A DNA stretch of 64,000 bases from Psammoneis japonica (Eukaryota): NCBI GenBank assembly GCA_008632985.1, contig QPGO01000003.1, positions 62,001 through 126,000 of the forward strand, written 5' to 3'. A model generated the notes under the pieces. That model saw nothing but the letters and a program-made list of their open reading frames with translations. It had not been told where the DNA came from and made no database searches. Each line of letters starts with the position of its first letter. Position 1 is the first letter of the stretch. The position numbers and the translations under genes were made by a program. Positions 36,000 to 49,700 of this stretch are shown here, in pieces.

Positions 36000-38900
36000 G
36001 TGCACAGCCAAGAGCACCTGAGGAGGGAGCTCAGCAAATTTGAGGGGAAAAGATTGGATTTCCTGGGGCATCCAGCTTGGCTCCCAGCAGCACTCTGCAA
36101 AGTGGGCTCCAGCTGCTCCATGCAGCCTGGCTGCTGGCTGCTGGTGGCTGTGCACTTTGTGGTGACATCCACCTCAAGAACCAGCTGCATGACATTTGCA
36201 GAGCTCAAATCCTGTGTTCTTGGCAAAAGATGCACAAACATGCAACGTGACAGCAAACATCCTTGGCCCAAAGAATGTGAAGAGCAAGTGCTGCGCAACT
36301 TGTGACAACAGAGTGGTGGACGAGTTCTGACTGCTGGACAAAAAGGCTGGCAAGCAAGTTGTGGCATTCAAAGAAGTGAACAACATTGAACTGTGTGCCT
36401 TCACACTGAGCCAGGGGTTCTTTGACTGTGCAAAAGATCTCCAAGAAACTGAGGTGCATGTGAGCATGCTGCTGTCAAAGAAGACGAAGAGACAAAGAAG
36501 ACTGTCAAGAGGCACAGGAGTGCATCTGGGGCCATGGCTCCCCAACAGAAGAGCAGCTTTTCACAGGCCACACCAAGAGGAGGGAGGTGGCAAGTGCTGA
36601 GCAAGCACTCAGAATGTGCTGTGAAGCTGGAACAACTTTCAGTGTCAGGGATGTTCAAATGATTTTGCTTTTGAGCCAGGTGAAGAACTTGCCCATCATG
36701 CCTGAAGGTGTGCACAGAATGGCGGCCATTTGGGGTCCACCAACAGATGCGTCAAAGGGCAAAACCAAACATGCACATCACTGCAGCTGCTCCACCTGAG
36801 ACACACAAGAAGCAGAGAGAAGATGTGATCCTCTGCATTGAAGGTGTGGAAGCATGCAGAGTGTCAAGCTGCCACACACAACAGACTCCAAGATGATCTG
36901 GTGTCAATCAAGTGTGAGGTGTGAGACTCAGGTGTGAGAGTCATGCCAATGTGTGCAATGCACTGGACATGATTCTCTGACAGCACAACATGGCTTTGTT
37001 TAAAATTGACTTCATTGAGTGTGATCCTGAGTTCAAGGCTGTGCCAGTGGAAGCTGCCAATGGCATGGATCTAGAGCTGATTTCCACAAACACAAGCGAC
37101 CATGTTCCTGAAGTTGGGCAGAGCATGCAGACCATCAAGGAGCAAACTTGAGCCACTGTGCACCACCTCCTGCACAAGACAACACTCAAGTTGATGCACA
37201 TGCATGCAGTGGTCAAGAACCCTCCTGTCATGTTGAATGTGCACCCACAGAAGGAGAGAATTTCTGACACTTGCAGTCTGCATGCCATTGTGCCCTTGAT
37301 CATGACAAACACTTCAAGTTCAAGTTCAGGGGATTTGCTCCATCTTGCATTGAGAATGATGACCTGACAAATGCCGGGGATGTGCGTGGTGTTGGCAGTG
37401 TTCACCTGCAATCACATTTTGATTTGACCAAAGGTGGCCACCACACACTGCAAACCTGCACACATGCAAGCTTTTGAACCCAACAAGTTTGCTGCCACAC
37501 CCTTGACTGACGTGTGCACACAAGCTGTCAAGAAGATGGTCACATCACAGGGCATCAAAGAGCTCAAATTCTTGGGACAATGTGAAGACAATCTGTGTGA
37601 TGCTGGCTGGACTGCGGCAGTGGACAATGACAAAAGCAAAAGTGATGATGACAGTGAAGATGAAAACAAAAACCAAAACAACCACTTTGATGCCAACTGC
37701 ATGACCAAGGCAGAAGATGAAGATTGTGAAGACAAAGCAGGAGACTCACATGATGAGCATGAAGAAGCAAATGAGATCCAAGCCTGCAAAAGATCCAGCA
37801 CAAATCCCAAGAAGACAAGAGATGGGAAGGAGAAAGACAATCAGAGGAAGATGCAAGAGCCACATCTGGCAGAGCAGCCAGAAGCAGTGCATCATTTGGT
37901 GCATTCTTCAAACATCAAATCACAGGAACACAGAGAAAAGAAAGCTCAGTTTGCAGGAGTGGCAGATGACATCAAAGCAGAATGAGAGCAAAGTGAGCTC
38001 AAATGCTGCCATCATTTACAAACAAACATGAGTCCCAACCCAGAGGACAACATCAAGCAATGTGTGAAAACAGCAATGGTGCTGACACAACTCATGTGTG
38101 AGATTGATGACTGACTGTGATCAGGGAAGGGCATTTCCTTTGCCCAACAACATTTGCTGCATGAGTGCCCAAAAGTGTTTTTGCGCCAGCACCAAGGCTG
38201 CAGTTGCCTTGGTGTCCCCAATGGAGAAATGAGGTGGTTGTGTCAAAGGGCCAATGGTTTGCAGTGGGAAACTGGCTGGACAATGGCTGAACAAGGATGA
38301 TTCAGCCAGCCTGACAGCACTGTTGGAAGGAGTGCCAATGACAGCTGTCATTGATGCTGTAGAAGATTGTGGCACAATGAGTGCCAATGCACCAACATGT
38401 TCTTTGTGCAGACTCTGATTCTGGAGCCCAAGGAAAGTGGCGAGGACTGGATCATGACAAAGGTTGCAGGAGTGTTGGTCAAGATGCCAGCAAGCATTGA
38501 TCTCAACCCACGTGCTGCACGCGGTCATGGAAAAGGGGAAAAGAGTCCTCTGCATCCAAGTCATCAGAGCTGTGTGTGGCATGTCAGTCACAGCCTCACC
38601 ATGGCACAAGCAATTTTGAGAAGATGGAGTCCAAGCTCAACCCACATCCAACTGAACAGTCCAAGGCAAGCAGCACACTGTCCATTGCCATGTGGATGAC
38701 CCACAGTCAAGTGACAAGAACTAAAAAGCAAATGACAAATTTTCAAGCTGGCTGAACAAGATGTGTGGAAGCCATGGCAAAGTCCTTGCAACACGGGGAA
38801 AGATGCATGACCACCTTGGCATGACCCTGGACTTCAGCTGCACAAGGGCAATTTAAAGGGTGACAAACTGACTGCATTCACAAGATGATTGATCAGTCCT

Positions 38901-39700
38901 GGAAACAGTGAAGAAAGTGGACAGTGCCATGATGCCAGCTGGAGAGAACACATTTGACTCCAGTGGCACAAGATTGCCAACCAAGAAAGCAAAGACATTC
39001 CATGCATGGGTGGCCAGGGGGGCAGGGACCACTTGTGTCCAAAAGAGGCCACATGAATGTGCACTGCACAGTCCTCTCTGCATTGTGCACATGAGTTCAG
39101 AGAGCTTGCCAACAAGGGCTGGGGAAAACCAGTCCATTGCCTCAAACATTTGAGCTGGGCACAACACAAAGTCACCACACTGAGCATGAAGGACCCCCAA
39201 GTGAACAAGTGGGATGTGAGTGCATTGTTTGCAGTGCATCCAGATTTCAAGAGCCACAGAGGAGGAGAGTTGTGGCCATGGGCAATGAAGCAGTGCATGC
39301 ATGTTAAAATGCCAGAAGCTCAAAACCCAAAGCAGCACAGAGGGGCTGAACTCACAGGAGTCAACGACTCAATGGCCATGATTCTGTGGATGAAGTTGTT
39401 CATGGAGCACCAGGGGCATCACAATTGACAAGAACACCCTGCATCAGGACAACAAGAGCACCATGATGCTGTTGGAAACCAGTGGGTGCCGGAGTGCAAG
39501 AAAGCAATCCAGAGCACTCAACATTCTTTGTCATTTCTTTGTCATCAATCAGATCATGAAGGGCAATCTCAGAGTGCAGCACTGCCCTGCTGATGGCATG
39601 CTTGGGGACTTCATGGCTGCGCCATTACAGGGCAAGAAGTTTTGAAAGTTCAAATGAGCCATTGTGGACTGTCAACCTCAAGCATGGCAGGAGTGTGAGT
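36000..39700 (+). mobile_element. Degraded Ty1/Copia element of the diatom CoDi type (IN-RT-RNase H); LTRs not resolved
   Basis: VKNLPIMPE..AIWGP..KGKT. Integrase DHVPEVGQSMQTIKEQ. RT TAVIDA, GKQHTVHCHVDD. RNase H FAVHPDFKSH, HQDNKS, VQHCPADGMLGDFMAAPLQGKKF. Followed by caggagtgtg. Left boundary uncertain. Confidence 0.88.
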
Positions 39701-40759
39701 CATGGACAAAGAGGCACAACCCAGTGCAAGCTGTGCAAAAAATTGGAAGGGCATGGCATGACAAAGCATGCAATCACATGTCTGCTGCTGTGCTGATGGT
39801 CTCCCTCCATGATGATCTGAGCCCATCATCTGAAATCAAATCATTTGGTGCAGAGGCACATGCAAGACCAAGGAACACTGGCAAATTGTTTGATGTTGAG
39901 CCTGGGGGCAAGGCATGAGATGCTGTTGCATTGGAGAGCATGATGACAGCAATGAACATGATGAAGAAAATGTTGCAGAATTAAAGAGCAACAATTTGAA
40001 GTTTGCCATGGACAGACGTGCTGTCAATGATTTGGGCAGGCTGTCAATGGTCAAGGTTGTCCCACCCATGACTTTGGCACACTCAGAGCTTGTGGTGTCC
40101 ATGCAGCAAAGTTGTGAGAGAGAGAACTCATCACACTTGAGCGGAACATTTTGTGGAGCATGTGCGAGGCATTGCATGCTTGTTCAATGATGTGGTTGAT
40201 TGTGCCAACAAGGGAAAGTGCATGGCTCATCTGCGCACATTTGTGATTTGCAAGATGTCAGCACTGAGGCAACTGATGTGCCTGGCAACATTGTGGTCAA
40301 CATGCCCCAGGGATCAATCTCCCCTGGATGCAAAGCATCGCAGCAGAGCACTGGTGCAAGTGGCAGGGGTGTGTTGGAACATCTGGATCATGGAAAACAG
40401 AAGAAACCCAGGTGTGATGAAGATGAAATTTTGTGGCTCCTGATGTGGCAAATTTGGCAACTCTTTGTGAGCTGGATTTCATTGTCACCAATCTCTCTCA
40501 CCAATTTTGTGTTTGGCGCCACTGGGCATCTGCTGCATTGGAAGTTTGAGGTTTGTTTGACAACTTCTGTGCAACCCATCCATGGCCGCTGCAAGCAACC
40601 AAGGGGAGTGTGTCAAGCAGCGCATGAAGCCTGGCAGTGCTCCCTTTGGCAACACACAGAAAACCCATTTCCCCCAAGATGGAGCCCAACTTGGGGGGCC
40701 TTTTTCACCCTTGACATGTCCTGCCCCTGCACCCCTCCACTGCCGCATGCAGAGGGGTC

Positions 40760-43710
40760 ATGCCTCAACTCAAGGGTTTTCTGTCTGTGTTGCATCATGT
40801 CAAGGGTTGTCATGTCAAGGCAACTCACCTGACTTGCACTCCCATGATGTCACCTGTGAATGTCACTTGCTCCAGTTCTGAGACTTGATGTCACACTTTG
40901 GTGCAATTTCACAACATCAGATCCCCTCCTCCACCCCAAAGGGATGATGTCATTGCTGCAATGTCAGAATTTTTGATCAGGCCCATCCATGCTAAACTCT
41001 GAAATGGGCATTTGTGCCATCTCACATTGTGCATTTTCCATCTCAGCTCGGCTGTTTTGCCAGATTGCACATTTCAACACATGACAGAATCATCAAACCA
41101 TCTTGTTGTTTCTGCTTCTGCCAAATTCATCACCTTCAGATGCCGCACTCAGCTGCCATTCATGCAATCTCACACTTCCATCTTTTGTTTCTTCTGGAGA
41201 TGCCCCTGCTCTGCAGCTGTTGGCCACCACAAGCAATGCAATGTGCCACCCCACAGCACCCGTTGTTTTTTGCATCACACATCCAACCTGCTCTGCGGTT
41301 GTTCTCCATCCTCTCAGTTTGTGACATTTGCATTTGAACCCAACAAGCTCCCACTCCCACCTGTGAGTGACATTTGCAGCCGTGAGAGAGCCACATGCCA
41401 TTCTTGTTGTGAAAGGAAATGACAATGCAAGACACACATGTGGCGCACACTTGCCTCTTCAATGACTTCATCCTCCTTGGCCTGCTTGATTTCCTGCTCT
41501 GCATCTTAAAACAAATCTTGCAGCATCAACCTTGATTGTTTCTCTTGTCTGTGGCATCCAGCCCATTCACTGTCCATGTCATTCTGCCTGCAACAGCTTG
41601 GGGGTTCCTGTTGTTGGTGCCGCCCCCAGCAGCACTCTGGTTGTTCATGCTTTGTGTCCAATGTTCAGTCAAAAAGTTGATTTGTGTGTTGGCCAGTTGC
41701 AGCTCTGTCGGATGTGTCCTCAGCAGTTTTCAAAGTTTTCACAGTTGCTGTTTGCAAATGTTGGAAATGTGCTCATTGCTGAAGTTCTTAATTTTGAATT
41801 TGAACAATGATGACACGCAGTTGTGCATTTGTTCAATGTGTTTGTTTTGAACAATGCAGATGTCCAGCCTTAAAAAATGCTTTTTGAAGCTTGTGTTTTC
41901 CTTTGTTGATGAAGATCCCTCTTGCAATGTCTGATTTCCTTGTGACGTGGACACCTTTTTTGTGCTGCAGGGCTGTGTCACAAATGCAAACATCAGATTT
42001 TAGCTGCTGCTCTCTGCCAGCTACAGCAGAGAGGGCCTGCTGGAGCTGACAGGAATGATGCTGCACTTTTGCACCACCTGCAGCATGCAGCTGCCATCAA
42101 CAGTGCTGCTGTGGCCCCTGTCTGACATTGTCAAAGCAGCTCCTGCTCACTCTGTGGCAGAGGTCACACATTTGCAGCTGCCATTGCCAAAGCCCCTTCC
42201 TGTGTGCAACACAGATTGACAGCATGTTGCCACAGCCCCTGGCTTGATGATTTGCAAAATGCTCTGCAGCAGAGTTCATTTTTCATCATTTTTGAATTTG
42301 CCATTTTTTTTTTTTGCAAGTGCATCCATTGCCATTGGTCGTTGTGTCCTCTGCAGAGTTTCAGGGTTGCCACAGCCAGCGAACACCAACAATCCACATG
42401 CGCCAGCTTTCTGGGGCAGCCAAACTCTTTCAACAGAGATTTTGGGTCCAAAACATTGAATGGCACCCCCTTCCTTGGAGGTGTCACTCTCGGTCTCACC
42501 GGGGAGCAAGCCCACAGCTCTCAGAGGCTGTCTTGATGTTCAGAGGTGGGGGGAGCCACAGGCATCCCAGGCCACATGAACAACTTTGCAGAAAGACATT
42601 GTGTGGGCACAGCTGCAGCTGGCAACCCAGGCAGTTGCTCAAAATGTTCAGAGACAAGAGCAACCTTGTCTGCTGTTTGCAGCCAGACTTTTCAAAAAGC
42701 AGCAGATTGCAGATTCAAAAAATGAATGAACACTCTTCACCCTTGGACCACTCCACATGGTGCTCAAGTTGAGCTTCACAATGAGGCACTGGCATCTGCT
42801 TGAGCTGCCCAGCAAGGTGTTGGCATCCACTCATTGAGCTGCCTCACATGTCGCAGCATCCACTTGAGCCACCATGTTTGAAGTGGCATCAACTCAAGCC
42901 ACCCGCATGACATGGCATCAACTTGAGCCGCCCGAATGACACAGTGTCAACTTGAGCTGCCCTGCATGACATGGCAATTTCCTGTGGAAACATGGACAAA
43001 GATCAAAGGAAAACAAGAGGTTGAGAAAACAAAAAAAAAGGCACTGAATTGTCACAATCCATCAAATGCCGTGGAGTGATTCACTGACTGAATGTGAGAA
43101 TGAAATGACAGCATGATGACAGAAGCAGCTTTCATTCATTTTTGGACTTTCTCTCACCTCTCTTTTCACAGATGTGCTCATCAGAAGCAAAACAAATCAT
43201 GCCATGCAATGGCATTGTTGGTGGGAAAAGTGTTTGGTGGCAAAACATGGCAACGGTTGATGATGCCGTCATGGCAGTTTTAGTGGCGGTTGGCGGGGCA
43301 GTGTGTTTTGAAATGGGGAGAGGGAAATCTGACCTGACCGTCATGATGTCACATGATGTTTCACCGTGTGGTCCATGGTGTGCCAGAATCTGACATTGTT
43401 GTGGTGACATGAGCAGCTGCGCATGGGAACAATGTGAAACATCATGAGGACACAGAGGGAAATCTGACCTCATGTTGTGACGTTGCATGACATTTTGCTG
43501 CAGTGAGCCAGGTGAGAATCTGACATTGCGGCCATGACATCAAATGCCCAGACAAGAACACAACAAAATGTTGCCATCAACTAAAAAATGTCTGGTGTGA
43601 CATTGCCAAGCAGAGGGACATCAACACAAGGGAGGTCAGGGGGGAAAGTCACTTGAGATGGTGAACCCCTGACATTGAAACCCAACACGAGAGACTCCCT
43701 TGAGAAAGAG
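40760..43710. mobile_element. Possible relic DNA transposon with long degenerate inverted ends
   Basis: The reverse complement of 40769-40833 resembles 43635-43704 (gtcagg..cttga.atg..aacccc/ttgacat..caacac..cccttgag). AATCTGAC repeats at 43320-43530. Confidence 0.35.
42791..42975 (+). repeat. Degenerate ~29-30 bp minisatellite, about 6 units
   Basis: Consensus approximately ggcatcaacttgagccgcccgcatgacat. Confidence 0.75.
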
Positions 43711-43769
43711 TCCCTTGCAATGGAAAAAACACCCTTGAGCTGTGCAAAGTCTGGCGGAGCCCATTTCCT

Positions 43770-46700
43770 GTGCATTGACTTGCTGACTCAACAGTGACTC
43801 ACAGACGGACAAAATCCAGCCACAGCACCTTCTTTTGTGAGTCCCTTGGGGGCACAACAGCTCATTTGACTTTTTCCACACCCTTTCCATGGCAACAACC
43901 CCAATGTTTTTGCAGGTGAGCACCCCTTGACAGCGCCACATCTGCGTGTGCCAGCTGCAAGTCACCAACCTCTTGGCTTCCTTGAGACTTTCTTTGAGTC
44001 TGGGTTTGACCACATTGGTCCAATTTTGAATGCGTGTTGCAGCAAAGGTCTGTTGTTCTTCTGTGGAATCAAGCAATGCCCCTTGTTCTTTTGCCAAGCA
44101 TTCCTGCTGCTTGTTGCACATGGCAGTCAATTTGGCCTCCACTTTCCATCTCTGAGAAGATTTTCTCATGTCTGCGTCATGTCCATGGACGTGCTTGTCA
44201 TGTTCTTCCCACAAAGCCCACCAATGCCGCCATGCAAACAACCCCATCTGAACTGTCCAATTTGGTGGTTGCTTGTTCTCCTTGTGGCACTGACAAAGAA
44301 CACCTGAATCTCTCAGACATCTGGACTGAATGACATTCCACAGGGAAGAGCACTGTCCATTGAACACTTGTCTCTGCCCCACGTCTGTTTGAGCTCGCCA
44401 TGGGGATCTGCACCTGCAATCTGTCTCTTCCAGACATGCTGTTTTGCCGGCAAACCATGCTTCAATGGATTGCAATGAGAAATCTCGAAGAGTGGGCATG
44501 GCATCAATGCGGTCACAATGTCTCCTCAATCCTTGCAAAAACTTTCTGCGCCAAGGTTCGTTGTGCGGACATTGAAGCACATGATCCCAATCTTCCATTG
44601 GATGCTCGCAGTGAAGACATTGGTGCGGTCGAACCGAATTGTGTCGGTGGACTGTCTTGTTGGTTGGGAGATCATGAACGAGCTTGACTGTTCCAACATG
44701 TTGCTTGGAGTGACGTTTGATGAGAATGGCGTGAGCATCCCAGTCTGTCAAATCGATCACCTCTGGTTGCCACTGATTTCGCTTGCCAATGCATTGCAGG
44801 AGTTTTGGGGTGGTGGCCACACATCTGATGTGACGCTTGTAACCTGCCATCAACGTGCTGTCTTTAAGACTCAAACATGAGTGACAGTGAGGAAAGGGTG
44901 TCACCATTGTGGTGCCCCACATGTGCTGGTCTTGATGTGCACCTGCCAATCAATCAGTGCAGACATTTGCTCTTGCGTTGAGGGGCAAAGCATGAATTGG
45001 AGCATGTCTGTCTTGGTGGCCTTTTGCCCATTTGACTGGGAATGGCATCTTGAGTCTGGTGTGCAACATCTCATCAATGACGTCCCAATCTGAGGATGTG
45101 CTGTTGGCGCCGTGATGTCTGATGTGAAAATCTCTTGCCTCATTTGACTGGTCTCCTGAGGTTGGTGCCGGAAGGGCAAAAGTGAATTGTTCCAGACAAG
45201 ACACCAAAGCTTCATTGTTGCAGTGTGATTCCATCTCTGGAAATCTCTCTAACTTGCAGCATTCCATGAACCGGCAGATGAAGCGAGTGAGAGACAGGAT
45301 GCCACAAGCCTCTGCACAATGTGAGGATGGTTGTCTTCCAAAGACTGGGCCAGTGTCCCTGCCAGAGTGATCGTCCACCCAAATGTGGCACCTTCTTTAA
45401 CGGATCCATCACTTCTGGTGGTTAATGTCGAGGATGCAAAAAGTTGAATCAGCACTTGGGATGACACGTGAAAATCCAGTTGTTCGAACAACTTAGCTTC
45501 CCATTGGGAGAGCGAATGCAGCATGTCGTGAAAGGTGTCCGGCAACCTGGACTGTGGGAGATCAGACAATGAAGTGTGGGGCAGGGCAAAGACCCATTGG
45601 CCATCTTCTGCAGTGGACAGCTCAACGGGGAAAGATTCTTTGGATGGATGCAGGACAGTCTCCAACTCCATGATGGAGTCAGTTCTTGTGCCATTTGCCT
45701 GAAAGATGCAACATCCATTGGGAGATCAAACATGCAAGTGATCTTTGGAAGGGGAGAAATGTGTGGTTGCTTGCATGTGCATGCAAGAAGGGGGCACTGA
45801 CCAATTGCCCCAAGAGGTTCCTTGAGAGTCTGTGTTGCCAGATGGCACAAGAAAGTGCAGAACTTTCTCCAAGCTGTCCAGGCTCTTGTTCCTGGTTTCT
45901 GCTGCTCAATGTTGTTCAAAGCACCAGTGCTGCTCTGGAGCAAAGGATCTCCTGCCATTTTTGAAGCATCCAATTGTCATGCCGTCTGACAAAGTGATGT
46001 CGGACACGGATGACACCTGCAGATGCAAATGACAATGATTGATCCATCAAACTTCATGGTGAGAGAAGAGTTGGGACTGGAGCACAGCATCCATGATGTG
46101 CTGGTTGTCATCTCGTTGGAGAGGGAGAACTCCAGAATGTGCCAAACATGCTTTCCCATGAATTCTGTGCAAGAATGCACGAACAGAAGCAAACCAACAC
46201 GACTCCACATGTGGGAGAGCAGTGCCCACATCCCACAGGAAGCTCACACCTGTGCCCAAGTTCAGTCGGATCCAAGAGACTGCGATGTGCAGCAATTTGT
46301 GTGGTTGATCCTCTCCCAGATGAAGATTTGCAACTCCTCTGGAATGCTTGAGCAGCATTTGCAATTGAGCAACTCCTTGTTCCACGTCCAGCGAGCAAAA
46401 ACCACCGCCACTGAGAGCTTGTGGACCGCACAGGATGAGTCGTTTTGTGTTTTGGTTGCACCCACATTTGGCAAATGTGATCTGCATTGCTTTCTGTTGA
46501 ACGGTGAGCAACTCTTTTGGGACAAAAGTCGAGTCGTCAGGGAGAACACAAGTCATTGAGGAGAGACAGCATGCATGGCAGCATCTCCATGTTTTGGTGT
46601 GATCAAGAGGGCAAGAACAAAGGAAAAGGGCCGCAGCATCGCTCTTGTGTTGGAGTTTCTTTCACTGGGTCTTCTGGGTGCCGATGGGAGCCACACAGTG

Positions 46701-49700
46701 TCCGAGAGTTTCATGCGGAGCACAAGCTGAGAGTTGCGTGCTAGAATGGGAGTTGGACCTGTCTGCTGAGAAGATTTCAACATCAAGATCTTCATGGCAT
46801 GGACGAATGTAAGGCTCTCCACACTCAGTGAAATCCCACTCAACGGCATGAAAAGAACACTTCGGCAGTTCAAGTTCATGTCCAGCTGCATCCAGCAAGT
46901 CACACCACAGTTGATCACCCTGTTGTAAAGAAAAGGACAGATCAAGTGCCAAAGGTTGAGGACTTGCACGAAAATCATTGACTTGTTTGGACACATCATC
47001 TGCACATCCTCGGTTGAAGACTCAAATGTGGAATCAACCATCAGGGGTTTCGAAATAAGCTCCAATCGCTCTGGCATCAAACATGTTGAAAAGATGGCTG
47101 CACAGGGTGTTCCAATGCCACGGAGAGTTGCCACTGTGCCTTGCCCTGTGCCACACAGAGGGAGATCTTCTGTGTGGGAGTGACTTTGCTGAGACAAGCC
47201 TGGCAGGGTTCGGAGCCAGCACCGAGCGTGATGCAGAGCATCCATGTTCACTTCAACCGCTCGCGAGTGCACTCCATTGCTCTGAGAGCAAAGTCCAGCA
47301 ATTGCGGGAACATTTCTGTCAAAGCACGAGGTGCAATCATCATTGCTCGTCAGCATCGTCTTACGAGAAGCTCGTGACATTTCTGACATCATGTTTTCAA
47401 GAAACATGGGAGTTTGTGCAGAAAGGAATGAGCGGCATCCACAAATGCTGGGGTTGCACATCCGGTGGTGCTCCATGTGCTGTGCCAATTCTCGCCATTT
47501 CACACTGGTGATGATTTGAAAGTCTGCTTCACAGATGTGGATGACCCGCAAGTGATGGATTTTGTTGTTCCTGGGTTCTTTGAAGATCATCACGTTGACG
47601 ATGTCTTTCCAACGGTCATGTGAGTGTCCCCACTTCAGAGCACAGTCAATGAGATGAAGGCATGTCACGAACAAGGCTTGCTGGACCTGACCCAGGTGCA
47701 ACTTCTTTGGAGTCGGATTGCCTTGTGCATCTTGATCTTTGGAATGTGAATGAGGGACATGCAGTGCCTTCCAATGACCAAGATGCAAACCTGATTTCAG
47801 CAAGGTGGACGTTGATTTGGACCACATCTTCAATTTTGACAATCAAGCAGTGAAAGACATTTCATTGCTCACCACCGGAGGTGTGCATCAATGGAGGTGC
47901 TGGACAAGCAAGGAGGCAGCAAGATTTAACTGACTGGTGTTGCACTCCCCATCCAAAACAAGTTCTGCCACAATGGTGTTCCTTTCATGTCCCAAATCCA
48001 CGGACAGGGGAGATGCGTTCCAGCTCCAGGTGGGACCTTGCACCACTGCACTGTGACATCAACAGTTTTTTGGATCGTGTCACATGTCGCGCACGTGCAT
48101 TTCTGCATGTCATGTTCTACGAAATTGTTTCATGTTCCCTGTTTTGCAAAGCCAAAGGCTTTCTATTTTCAACAGTCATGAGAATGAAAATGCGCTGGTC
48201 ATGTTCTTTAATGTCTGCAGAACATGCATGGGCAAACTGTCATTGATGCACTCCAAGCATGAAGGAGAACATGCGGTCGTAAAATTGCCTCTTTTTCTGT
48301 TGGCAATCACGGAGCTTGCACGTGGAATTCTGTGGGCCCAATGTCACACGGAGTCCCACCTGGGACTGGAACCCGTCGGGAGGGACGGCAGGTGGTGTGC
48401 CTTTGGCTTGGCTAAAATGGTGTTGGTTCCGCATTTGGAGTGCTGCTGCAACATCATCTGGAGCGTCTGTTGTCATCCAATGTTTGCATGTCTTTGGGCC
48501 ATCATGAGAGTCAGCTGGCACTTGGACAGTCTTGATGCTCGAGTCTGCTTTTGCCTTGCAAGCATCAATCTTTTGGAACATTTTCTTCGTCTCTTCCGCA
48601 CAACGTAGATTGCGTAGAATTCTCGCCTGGGCTGCAGACACTTTGGTGCCATCCAGTTCCAATTCCGCAATCTTGGTGTCTCTTTCCGCATCTTGGTGTT
48701 TCTGGCTCTCTTTTGCGACCTGACGGCATTCTGACTTGGCCCGGCACAATGCGTCTGAACATTCTTGGATTGTCATGGGAAGAAGAAAGGCAGTGGAGAG
48801 TTCACACTTCTCTCTGAGGATTGAAGGCACCATGTCCTTGCGGTTTTGGAACATGGACATCATCCTGGACAAGACAAAAACTTGTTTCTGAAGGTCCAAT
48901 GATTTGAGGGACCACTCTGCTTCTTTGCAACATTTGCATTGTTTGGCTGCTGCAAGCGAGAACTGCATCATGTCTTGATCCAAACGCTCTGCAAGGCTGT
49001 GGTTAGGAGCATCTGATGAAAACAGAGCCTCTGCATGGGCTTGAAGATTCCGGCTGTTGATCAAGGGTGCCATGGTTTCAAGATGAGTGGCAACATGCTT
49101 GGGCAATGAAGCTTGAAGATCTCTGTGCTGTGGTCTCGGCAGGTCCACTGACGGACCACCAAATGGGGCAACGGTGTCGAAGTCCATGAAATGAGCACGG
49201 TGGTCTGAAGACATGCGACACCCGAGTGGCTCACACCCACAGAGCCGCACCACTGCAAGAGCACCTGGTGTTGCAAGGACACAGTCCAAATGTCTGGATC
49301 CTTGCAGGTGGGTGGTGAAGTCCAAACATTCATGCTGATGATGCATGACATCTGACATGTTGAATCATTGGGCCATGGATGCCAAGGTGTCAGAATCATG
49401 GTGGAAGTCTGTGTTGAAATCACCAGCCAGGATCACTTCTCAATTCGGTTCATCCAGAAATTGTTCTAGGATGTGCGTGAGGTCAGCACAGAAAGCGCGA
49501 CAAGGGTCGGGATTTGCTCTGCCTTGTTGTCAGAGGAGAGCCAATTGCTGTGCGCATGCTGTTGTCTTGCCGGCAATGGATGATGAATTGGAGCACACTT
49601 GGCAACATGAGACAAACACAACTTGACATCCATGCTTTCCATTGAAGATCTGTGTAGACCAACGTCTCAAGGGATCTTCATGTTGAGTTCAACATCTTGC

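Noticed and set aside
42791..42975. ~30-bp periodic repeats as a CRISPR array
   Set aside because: The units are adjacent and degenerate with no unique spacers, there are no cas genes, and the context is eukaryotic. It is a minisatellite.
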